In this document: positions 55,945 through 64,000 of the stretch, one piece after another
Layout of the letters: every line of letters starts with the position of its first letter
Numbering within the stretch: position 1 is the stretch's first letter
From: Spirochaetia bacterium
Lineage (GTDB): Bacteria; Spirochaetota; Spirochaetia; DSM-16054; Sediminispirochaetaceae
Direction of reading: 5' to 3'
Length of the DNA: 64,000 bases
Assembly: GCA_034520965.1 (NCBI GenBank)
Contig: JAXHMY010000008.1
Coordinates: forward strand, 160,001-224,000
The notes under the pieces: model-generated
The model's database searches: none
What the model saw: only the letters and a program-made list of their open reading frames with translations
Told to the model about the DNA's origin: nothing
Translations under genes and position numbers: made by a program

Positions 55945-58674
55945 TTACTTTCCGTGGCAATGCTTGTATTTTTTTCCGCTTCCACAGGGGCAGGGCTCGT
56001 TACGGCCGACCTTCGGTACGGTTCGCTTTACCTGTGCCCCCTGGGGTTGAGACCCTCCCCCTGAAGGGGCTGCTGCCGGTACCCCTCCGGCGGCAAATTG
56101 ACCCAACTGCTTATGACTGGCCGCTGCGGCAGCAACCGGCTGCCTTCTGCGGGCTTGCTCCGGCTGCTTGATTTCAACATTAATTATCATTCTAGCTATT
56201 TGGCTTCTGATGTTATAAATGAGGGTGTCGAATATATCGAAACCTTCCAGTTTGTATTCGAGTAACGGGTTTTTTTGTCCGTAGGTGCGCAGATAAACCG
56301 CTTCGCGCAGGGCTTCTAATTCATCCAGATGGTCCTGCCAGCGCTGGTCGATCTGCCGGAGGTAGTTGTACCGGATAAAGTCATTGAAGGGCTTTACTCC
56401 AACTGCATCTATCTTATCCTGAATCTCCCGGTCAATACGCGCTACAATCCTGTCTACTATATCCTCCTCCGAGTCCTTCAGCAGATCGATGTCGGAAAGA
56501 TCCGGCTGATGGTACATTTTTGCCTGGAACTCCTGTTCCAGGTCGACTTTGGCGGAATCAAGGTCCCCTCTATTCTGGGTATAGTTGTACACTACCTCCT
56601 CGGTCAGCTGACGGATAGTGCCGACAACCCGCTCTTTCAGGTTTGAATCCTTTAGAATTTCGTCCCGCTGACCATAAATGAACTTTCTCTGCTCGTTGAG
56701 CACATCGTCAAAATCAAGCAGATGCTTTCTTATTTCAAAGTTTCGTTCCTCAACACGGTTTTGGGCGCGCTCGATTGCCTTATTGATCAGCGAATGATAA
56801 ATCGGCTCTCCGCTGTCCATCCCGATTCGCCCCATAAGGCTCTTCAGATTGTCCTTCGCAAACAGGCGCATCAAGTCGTCGTCCAGGGAGAGAAAAAAGC
56901 GGGACTCCCCCGGGTCCCCCTGACGTCCGGAACGGCCGCGCAGCTGATTGTCGATTCGCCTGGATTCGTGCCGCTCCGTACCCAGAATGTAAAGACCGCC
57001 GAGCTGTTTGACTTCGTTGTAGTCTTTTACCCAGGACTGGTACTCTTTTTCATATGCTGCACGGAACTCCTCATGGGACGCTTCGGTGCCCGCTTTTCGG
57101 CGGGCCCGGAAATCGGGGTTTCCCCCCAGTTTTATATCGGTACCGCGTCCGGCCATATTGGTTGCAATGGTAACCGAGCCCTTGGCTCCAGCCTCTGCGA
57201 TAATGAGGGCCTCACGAGCATGGTTTTTGGCGTTGAGTACCTCGTGCTGAACTCCCTTTTTCTTGAGCAGTGATGAAAGATGTTCCGATTTTTCAATCGA
57301 AACCGTACCAACCAAGACCGGCTGTCCCTTCTGTTTCAGCCGTGCAATCTCATCACTAATCGATTCGTATTTGAACTTTTCATTGAGGTAGATAGCATCA
57401 TCCTGGTCAAGACGTACCATCGGGCGATTGGTCGGAATCACTACCACTTCAAGGTTGTAGATTTTTCCAAACTCCCGCGCCTCAGTATCGGCGGTACCGG
57501 TCATGCCGGAGATCTTATCGTACATTCGAAAGAAGTTCTGAAAGGTGATAGTGGCCAAGGTTTTATTACGTTTGGCTACTTTGATACCCTCTTTCGCCTC
57601 GATGGCCTGGTGCAGTCCTTCTGAGTAGCGCCGACCGGTGAGAATACGCCCGGTAAACTCATCGACGATTTCAACCTTGCCTTCCTGCACCACGTAATCT
57701 ACATCTTTCTGAAACATGCGATGGGCTTTTACCGCCTGGGTGAAATAGTGAATGTATTCAAAATTATTATCGGTAAACAGTGAATCCTGAATGACTTTAT
57801 GCTTCAGCAGCAGCTGCTCAATGTGGTTCATACCTTCCTCGGTGAAGGTTACCCGTTTTCCCTTCTCATCCACCTTAAAATCACCCTCCGGCTCATCGGG
57901 GTATTCACCGGTCTCAGGCTCTTTATCGCACTCTTTAAGAAAGGGAACCAGGCGGTTTACATCCATAAACTTTCGGGTATCGTCTTCAGCCTGACCGGAG
58001 ATTATCAGCGGAGTTCGAGCCTCATCGATGAGGATCGAGTCGATTTCATCAATGATACAGTAGTTGTGGTCCCTCTGCACCTTTTCCTCCGAGCTCCACC
58101 GCATATTGTCGCGCAGATAATCAAAACCGAACTCATTGTTGGTTCCGTAGGTGATATCTTGTTTGTAGGCACTAATCCGATTCTGATTGTCCATCTGGGG
58201 CAGTACCGCCCCAACACTTAAGCCCAAATAGTTATAAACCGGTGCCATCCATTCGGCATCACGTTCGGCCAAATAGTCGTTTACGGTAACCACATGGACC
58301 CCTTTTCCGGGAACGGCATTTAGGTAGGCGGCGGTTACACTGGAGAGGGTTTTTCCTTCACCGGTTTTCATTTCCATGATTTTCCCGAAATGAAGGACAA
58401 TTCCCCCTAACAGCTGTACATCGTAGTGTCGCTCGCCAAGTACGCGCCGGGCTGCCTCCCGGACCATTGCGAATGCTTCAGGAAGCATTTTGTCCAGGGC
58501 CTCACCCTCCTGGTACCGTACGCGGAATTCCGCCGTTTTTTTTGGAAAATCATTCGGAGAGAGCTCCGCCGCCCAATTTTCCAGTTGATTGATTTGGTAA
58601 AGCATTGGGAGCATAGTCTTTAGGTCCTTTTCATGCTGGGACCCCATAATTTTATTTGTAATCTTCTGTATCAT
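55945..58674 (-). CDS. secA: preprotein translocase subunit SecA
   Basis: [65 protein letters not shown] motif [19 protein letters not shown]; start moved to ATG 58674. Confidence 0.98.
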   Translation of the reverse strand: MIQKITNKIMGSQHEKDLKTMLPMLYQINQLENWAAELSPNDFPKKTAEFRVRYQEGEALDKMLPEAFAMVREAARRVLGERHYDVQLLGGIVLHFGKIMEMKTGEGKTLSSVTAAYLNAVPGKGVHVVTVNDYLAERDAEWMAPVYNYLGLSVGAVLPQMDNQNRISAYKQDITYGTNNEFGFDYLRDNMRWSSEEKVQRDHNYCIIDEIDSILIDEARTPLIISGQAEDDTRKFMDVNRLVPFLKECDKEPETGEYPDEPEGDFKVDEKGKRVTFTEEGMNHIEQLLLKHKVIQDSLFTDNNFEYIHYFTQAVKAHRMFQKDVDYVVQEGKVEIVDEFTGRILTGRRYSEGLHQAIEAKEGIKVAKRNKTLATITFQNFFRMYDKISGMTGTADTEAREFGKIYNLEVVVIPTNRPMVRLDQDDAIYLNEKFKYESISDEIARLKQKGQPVLVGTVSIEKSEHLSSLLKKKGVQHEVLNAKNHAREALIIAEAGAKGSVTIATNMAGRGTDIKLGGNPDFRARRKAGTEASHEEFRAAYEKEYQSWVKDYNEVKQLGGLYILGTERHESRRIDNQLRGRSGRQGDPGESRFFLSLDDDLMRLFAKDNLKSLMGRIGMDSGEPIYHSLINKAIERAQNRVEERNFEIRKHLLDFDDVLNEQRKFIYGQRDEILKDSNLKERVVGTIRQLTEEVVYNYTQNRGDLDSAKVDLEQEFQAKMYHQPDLSDIDLLKDSEEDIVDRIVARIDREIQDKIDAVGVKPFNDFIRYNYLRQIDQRWQDHLDELEALREAVYLRTYGQKNPLLEYKLEGFDIFDTLIYNIRSQIARMIINVEIKQPEQARRRQPVAAAAASHKQLGQFAAGGVPAAAPSGGGSQPQGAQVKRTVPKVGRNEPCPCGSGKKYKHCHGK

Positions 58675-58781
58675 ATAGAAAAATCCTGCCTTGCATAGAA
58701 CATTAAGTTTTAACAGCATACTATTTTACACAATAAGAGGGTATGTTTCTACCGGTGAGTTCAACGAATGACTTCATCGAA

Positions 58782-58811
58782 TTGACATTACTGAATTGTG
58801 AAGAGTACTAT
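58782..58811 (+). promoter_or_regulatory. sigma70-like promoter of the lipoprotein-nnr operon
   Basis: TTGACA (58782-58787), 18-nt spacer, TACTAT (58806-58811). Confidence 0.6.
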
Positions 58812-58819
58812 GGGGTAAG

Positions 58820-60056
58820 ATGAAACGACTAATTATTCTACTAACGCTGTTACCGGTACTATTTTTGTTATCCTGTCAGGTAGATGAGCAAAGGACCCTT
58901 GAACGGGAAAAGCTTTTTGAGCTTGAGATTGGTAAGATGGAAGACCAGCTTGATATGCTTCAGCTAAGAGGGATTCCCTTTAGACAGAAAAGCCGTATTC
59001 TCATGCGGAATGGACTGTTTTTTATCTCAAACGGAAGTTCGCAGAAAGTAATGGAGTTTACCAGTTACGGTGATATAGTATCGCTCTATTACAATCCCGA
59101 CCAGAATCCCGAACCCTTTCTGCTGAATGAAAACGCCCCTGATGACCAGCTCTCTAACAGACGGGCCTTCAAGTACCCATTTAAGGAGGTTGGCGAAATC
59201 GCAGTAACCTCCAACAAAACTCTGTTGGTAGAAGACCGTGTCTCTGAAATGCAGCAGGAATATGATAAAGAGATTCAGGCTATGTTGAACCGGGTGGTGC
59301 TTCGCTTCGATCAAAATGGACAAATGATTGATTATCTCGGAAGGGAGGGCAGCGGTGGAACCCCTTTTCCCTATATAGAATCGATCCAGGTAACTAATTC
59401 TGATCAAATTGTAGTCATATCCCGCTCAATTCAGCACTGGTTCGTGTACTGGTTCAATTCCCAGGGTTCACTTTTATACGAAGCGACAATCTCCCGGAGT
59501 AATCTCCCGGTGCCCGAAGGGCAAGAGCTTTTGCCCTCACTTGGATCCGTTTCTGCCGACACTGATGAACACCTGTTGTATTTAAAGATAGATTACTATG
59601 GTGGTGAAAGTACAGACACAGGGACTAAGCGAAATATTTATTTTCAACATTCCCGAATTTGGTGGTACGATCTTGAGAGCGAGAAATATGCGGGTTCTGT
59701 GACCGTGCCTGTCAGGACAGATGAATATCGTATATCAGAGTTTGAAGAGTCAAAAAAGATACGAAGCCTTTATGAATTAATGAGGTAATAGTCGCGGCAA
59801 TGTGTTTTTTTTGATGACCCATGATCATAACGAATTGTTTGAACTGCTGCTGCTGAGGCGTGACGGTACAGTTATTCAGCGCAACTATATTGAGATTCCA
59901 GAAGAATCGATTATGTACCGCGATTTCCACTTGAATCATGATGGCGTGCTATCAGCTATGCTGGTGCATGAATACAGTGCCGATGTAGTGTGGTGGCGAA
60001 CCGACCGGTTTTTGGAGGAGAAAAATGAAGATAGTTCAACCGCAGATAATGGCTGA
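58820..60056 (+). pseudogene. spirochaetal lipoprotein (possibly LIC_12708-like, beta-propeller-like), split by a +1 insertion near 59783 as assembled
   Basis: Lipobox FLLSC. Deleting one A from ATG-A-GGT gives ELMGNSRGNVFFLMT, joining ORFs 58820-59788 and 59802-60056. Family name is from recollection only. Confidence 0.7.
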
Positions 60057-61608
60057 GATAGACCGGCTATCTGAGGAAGAATACGGTATACCGGGGCTTC
60101 TGCTGATGGAGAATGCCGGGATCAAAGCCTTCCGCCAGTTCTCTGTTGAGTGGGAGTTGAATCGTCCTTCTCAGAGGCGAGGGGGCTGCTCACTGGTATT
60201 TCTTGCCGGAGGTGGTAACAACGGGGGAGATGCATTGGTAATGGCCCGTCAAGCCTTCCTTGAGGCGACAGATGAAGTTACTGTTGTCTGTCGTGATGCA
60301 AAAAAAATGAACGAAGCTGCAGCTATTCACCTTGATATTGTGACAAAACTCGGTATACCGGTGCTGTTTTGGGCGGAAGATGAAAGTGAAGCCCGTTTGA
60401 AGATTCGCAGTGCAGATGTCCTGTTTGACGGTATTAGCGGTACCGGCATACGCGGGGCGCTGCGCGGAAGTGCTGCCGATATGGTAAAGGCTGTGAACGA
60501 AGAGAGCACCGGATATGTGGTGGCAGTCGATGTCCCCAGCGGCCTGGGCAGTGACTTCTTGGGAGAATATCCGGCTGTAAAAGCACATCTTACTCTGACT
60601 ATGGGCTTAGCAAAAGTCCCTCTATATACTCCTGCCGGTCGGCCTTATGCGGGGACTATTCGTACTGTAAAGCTTGGTTTTCCTCCACAGCTATTACAAA
60701 ACCCTCCTAAGCTTGAAGGTGAGGGGAGCGGAGAATTGCTGGAGGGTCTTGAAAGGCCTGCCTTCCAGGCACAGGATTACAAAAATGTTCGCGGACACGC
60801 AGCTATATGGGCAGGCAGTGTTGGAACGAGTGGGGCGGCGGCCTTGGCGGCGGAAGGGGCAGGTCGGGCCGGGGCAGGGCTAGTAAGCTTGTTCACAGAT
60901 CAGGAAATCTATCCCGTCCTGGCAGGCAAGCTTTCCGAAACAATGGTCAGTCCTCATAAGCCCATGCAGGCCGCTGATCTGAAAAGTTGCTATTCAGCCC
61001 TTTTAGCAGGCCCTGGATGGGGACAAGACTCCCGCAGTTCTATACTGCAGACATTATTGAAGAGCGAACTTCCCGGAGTAATAGATGCCGATGGTATCGG
61101 GATACTCAGGGAAATCTGGAATGAGCACGGAAGCAGCAAAGTGCAGAACTTGTCGGCAGGGCGCTGGATTCTCACTCCCCATCCGGGTGAATTCCTTGCA
61201 TTAGTCAAGGATAGTCCCTTTGAAATTGATAAACCGGGCCTTCTCTCTAATCCTCTGACTGCAGTTGTACCTGTAGCTCGAGAGCTCCAAATGGTGATAG
61301 TCCTAAAGAGTCATGTGGTCTGGATTGTATCTCCTGAAGGCAGGTTCGCTGTGGTAGACGGAATGAATCCGGCAATGGCAACCGGGGGATCGGGGGATGT
61401 CTTAGCCGGCATTATTACCGGCATTCTCGCTTCGGGAGTTTTTACCTTTGAGGCCGCCTGCAGAGGTGCTTTACTTCACCAGGCAGCCGGGCGTTTAGCT
61501 TATCGGACTAAGGGCTGGTTTTTAGCCGGAGATCTGGCACAGGCAGTCTCCCAAGTCTGGGTTGATCAAGCACGGGGAGACAAAGATGAATTCGCCGGAC
61601 AGTTCTGA
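60025..61608 (+). CDS. nnr: bifunctional NAD(P)HX epimerase/dehydratase
   Basis: LMENAG, GGGNNGGD, DGISGTG, AVDVPSG (YjeF_N); GPGWG, VIDADG, LTPHPGEF, GGSGDVLAG (YjeF_C). Confidence 0.95.
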   Translation: MKIVQPQIMAEIDRLSEEEYGIPGLLLMENAGIKAFRQFSVEWELNRPSQRRGGCSLVFLAGGGNNGGDALVMARQAFLEATDEVTVVCRDAKKMNEAAAIHLDIVTKLGIPVLFWAEDESEARLKIRSADVLFDGISGTGIRGALRGSAADMVKAVNEESTGYVVAVDVPSGLGSDFLGEYPAVKAHLTLTMGLAKVPLYTPAGRPYAGTIRTVKLGFPPQLLQNPPKLEGEGSGELLEGLERPAFQAQDYKNVRGHAAIWAGSVGTSGAAALAAEGAGRAGAGLVSLFTDQEIYPVLAGKLSETMVSPHKPMQAADLKSCYSALLAGPGWGQDSRSSILQTLLKSELPGVIDADGIGILREIWNEHGSSKVQNLSAGRWILTPHPGEFLALVKDSPFEIDKPGLLSNPLTAVVPVARELQMVIVLKSHVVWIVSPEGRFAVVDGMNPAMATGGSGDVLAGIITGILASGVFTFEAACRGALLHQAAGRLAYRTKGWFLAGDLAQAVSQVWVDQARGDKDEFAGQF

Positions 61609-62212
61609 ACCGCAGAATGGCTCATCTTCAGAATCCCAGTATTCCGCCAAGGAACTGGCTGATCAGTCAATATTCGAGCAACATGTAGCTTCAGGGGAAA
61701 TAAAGTTCCATAGCCGCGGGAGCGCCCCGGAGCCTGAACTGCCTGGGGCGAGTAGGAAACCGCGGTTTGGTACCGTGTTCCGGAGTAATCCCGGCCTCCT
61801 GATTATTCTTGTCGATATCCTGCTGGTGATATTGGTTCTAACCCTGGTATTCCCGTTTATACGGCCTGGAAGCAGTGTGGACAACTTTGGGGGATATTCT
61901 TTCTCTTTGCATGGGTATCTCAACGAAGGAGCGGTATATACAAGCTTGATGCTGCAGCCGAATCCATCCGAGATTGAAGCGGGAAGCTCAGCCAAAGGGG
62001 CGTTTCAGATAGAGTTTAGAATATTGGAGAGCGATACACGAATACAGACCGAACTCGTACCGTTTACGGAGGAGGAAACGCTTGACACGCGGATTCTACG
62101 GAAAAAAATTGAGTTGCCTCACGAACTGCAGGGTACCCCCGCAGTGCGGATTAGAACTACAATAAGCTTAGGTGAAGAAAGCGTGACTTTAGAAAAAAAG
62201 ATGAGACAATAA
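61586..62212 (+). CDS. hypothetical membrane protein (single TM helix)
   Basis: TM helix LLIILVDILLVILVLTLVF; GGAG RBS before ATG 61586; overlaps the nnr stop. Confidence 0.7.
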   Translation: MNSPDSSEPQNGSSSESQYSAKELADQSIFEQHVASGEIKFHSRGSAPEPELPGASRKPRFGTVFRSNPGLLIILVDILLVILVLTLVFPFIRPGSSVDNFGGYSFSLHGYLNEGAVYTSLMLQPNPSEIEAGSSAKGAFQIEFRILESDTRIQTELVPFTEEETLDTRILRKKIELPHELQGTPAVRIRTTISLGEESVTLEKKMRQ

Positions 62213-62215
62213 AGC

Positions 62216-62242
62216 TTGACGATGCTATATTGATTGTATAAT
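62216..62242 (+). promoter_or_regulatory. possible sigma70-like promoter
   Basis: TTGACG (62216-62221) and a perfect TATAAT (62237-62242), but only a 15-nt spacer. Confidence 0.4.
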
Positions 62243-62272
62243 TTGATAATATCTTACAGGTAGGGGAGTCCC

Positions 62273-62686
62273 ATGGTACAATTTTATTTACTTGCAGTTA
62301 TATTGAATATTTTAGGCGGTCTTATATTGGCAGCCCCTCTCTTACAGGAAAAAATTCCTATGTTAGAGAAAATTCACGAAGGGCTGCGGATTAACATTGC
62401 CTCGCGTATGGTCTTTATTCTACTATCCCTTGTGGTCGGCATATTTAAAATTTTAAGTGTGACCAAGGGTGATGTAGCCGTAGTGGGTGATCTTTTACCG
62501 GCGTTGAGTCTGTTGCTGATGGCCGGGGTGTTTTTCCTCGATTACTATAAAGAACAGTCGGAAATCGGCTCTTCTTTTATAGATAAACTGCAGCGGATTT
62601 TCGTGGACAATAAGAGCGCCATCGGAATTATTCTGGTAGTTATTGGACTGCTGCATTTTCTTTTTCCCCGAGTTCTGTTTCTCTAA
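62273..62686 (+). CDS. hypothetical integral membrane protein (4 TM helices)
   Basis: Four hydrophobic segments, VVGDLLPA motif, LHFLFP C-terminus; GGGGAG RBS. Confidence 0.8.
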   Translation: MVQFYLLAVILNILGGLILAAPLLQEKIPMLEKIHEGLRINIASRMVFILLSLVVGIFKILSVTKGDVAVVGDLLPALSLLLMAGVFFLDYYKEQSEIGSSFIDKLQRIFVDNKSAIGIILVVIGLLHFLFPRVLFL

Positions 62687-62719
62687 CGATACAGATAATT
62701 TCAGGAAATTTTAGGATAA

Positions 62720-63157
62720 GTGGAGCACACATCAGTGAAGCAGCAATCCGGTCCTACAACACGAGTCTCGACTGCGGGTATTGCCCGCAGGAGGGATAAA
62801 TTTTTAGTAGCCCTCCGAAAGCCTGGCACCAGTATCGGTGAATCGTGGGAGTTTCCGGGTGGAAAAAAAGAGGATTCAGAGACGCCACAACAGGCCCTGA
62901 AACGGGAGTTTTTTGAAGAGTTCTCTATAGATATTCTGGTTGGCGAAAAACTCTGCAGCGATCAGTTTGTGAATCGAGATCAGGTGTATGAACTTTCGGC
63001 GTATTCAGTGCGTTTGATAAGCGATGCTTTTGTACTGAAGGAACATCAAGAAATCAGATGGGTTTCATTGGACGATCTGATGCATATGCCGATGGCGGAT
63101 TCGGATAAAAAAATTGTGCGCTGTCTCAGAAAATCTAATCAGATGATAGTCCCCTGA
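62720..63157 (+). CDS. NUDIX hydrolase (MutT-like)
   Basis: WEFPGGKKEDSETPQQALKREFFEE Nudix box. Confidence 0.9.
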   Translation: MEHTSVKQQSGPTTRVSTAGIARRRDKFLVALRKPGTSIGESWEFPGGKKEDSETPQQALKREFFEEFSIDILVGEKLCSDQFVNRDQVYELSAYSVRLISDAFVLKEHQEIRWVSLDDLMHMPMADSDKKIVRCLRKSNQMIVP

Positions 63158-64000
63158 GGGATTATCCCGTTTTTTGGTATTATGATGATTCCATCTACAA
63201 TCCAGTAATTACCGTAATCGCCGTCTTGGCGATCTATATGATCAATACCTATGCGGCATCCGTCTCCAATTCTAACGTTTTTGTCGATTATGGCACGCTT
63301 GACTATTGTTCCGCGTCCTATTCCTATATTGGGAATACCCTTAGCTTGGTTTTCCAGTTTTTTCTCGTGGGTTTCGTAGTAATTTGCACCCATACAATAT
63401 ACTCCGTCCAGATTGGCCCCAGACTCTATCAGGGTGCGCACGCCCACCACAGAATTTACAATTGATGCATTGGTAATGATACTTCCTTCGCCGGTGAGGG
63501 ATTGACTGATAGTACAGAAATTGACCTTTGTTGCCGGCAGATGCCGCCGATGCGTATAGATAGGCATCTGCTCATCGTAGAAGTTAAACGCCGGCGTAAG
63601 AGAAGCCAAATTAAGGTTTGTTTCGTAGAAGGCCTTGATGGTTCCAATATCCTCCCAGAAGCCGTTAAAAACGTAGGTATTCACATGCCGTTCGCTGATT
63701 GCGATCGGAATAATCTCTTTTCCAAAATCGGTATAATTGTTATCTAAAACCTTCTCCATGGTGTCGGCATTGAAGATGTAAATACCCATCGAGGCCAAAT
63801 ACTCTTTTGAAGTGTCCGCCTGCATACCTTGAGAATAGAGGATGCTCTGGGGTACCTTCATCTCCTCTATATTGGCTTCGGGAGTCGGTTTTTCAATAAA
63901 AGAAACCGCCCTGCGGTTCTTGTCGGCCTTCATTATTCCTAAACCGGTTGCCTCGCTGCGTGAAACCGGAGTAGCTGCTACGGTAATTTCAGCACCGCTC
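63139..64000 (-). CDS. glgC: glucose-1-phosphate adenylyltransferase, C-terminal part (5' end outside the window)
   Basis: FIEKP, LASMGIYIF, DFGKEIIP, WEDIGTI, AIIDKNVRIG beta-helix; the frame stays open to the window edge (SGAEITVAATPV). Confidence 0.95.
   Translation of the reverse strand, partial: SGAEITVAATPVSRSEATGLGIMKADKNRRAVSFIEKPTPEANIEEMKVPQSILYSQGMQADTSKEYLASMGIYIFNADTMEKVLDNNYTDFGKEIIPIAISERHVNTYVFNGFWEDIGTIKAFYETNLNLASLTPAFNFYDEQMPIYTHRRHLPATKVNFCTISQSLTGEGSIITNASIVNSVVGVRTLIESGANLDGVYCMGANYYETHEKKLENQAKGIPNIGIGRGTIVKRAIIDKNVRIGDGCRIGIDHIDRQDGDYGNYWIVDGIIIIPKNGIIPQGTII

Noticed and set aside
56329..58623. Several + strand ORFs inside secA
   Set aside because: Antisense shadows of a highly conserved gene.
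1..64000. CRISPR arrays, tRNA/rRNA genes, IS elements, prophage
   Set aside because: Coding density is very high with gaps under about 260 nt. I saw no repeat-spacer pattern, cloverleaf, transposase or phage gene.

Overview
Core-chromosome window of a motile spirochaete (class Spirochaetia). The assignment is inferred from the FlbB collar protein, the FlgV-like gene, the Jag_N-FapA fusion and the dcw-xerD-TPR-dprA-hslVU-flgB gene order. Left to right: a divergent pair of GH57 alpha-glucan genes with DUF4912; then a ~47-kb co-oriented (+) supercluster of cell-division genes (mraZ to ftsZ), xerD/TPR/dprA/xerC/hslVU and the flagellar basal-body, hook, motor and export genes (flgB to fliA, fapA, swrB-like). 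The cluster ends in an unusual, tightly coupled trio: an atypical Hsp70, a J-domain/HEAT-repeat protein and an orphan, divergent CheA-like kinase. Next is a 257-bp structured intergenic region with a sigma28-like promoter and a terminator, a candidate ~150-nt sRNA. The rest holds a (-) lepB-ftsI-maf operon, a LysM/M23 peptidase, secA, a lipoprotein, nnr, two membrane hypotheticals, a NUDIX hydrolase and the 3' part of glgC. Four genes (xerD, the TPR lipoprotein, hslU, the 58.8-kb lipoprotein) carry single-base indels that look like consensus errors. I found no rRNA, tRNA, CRISPR array or mobile element. All family calls come from motif recognition by eye, not database searches.
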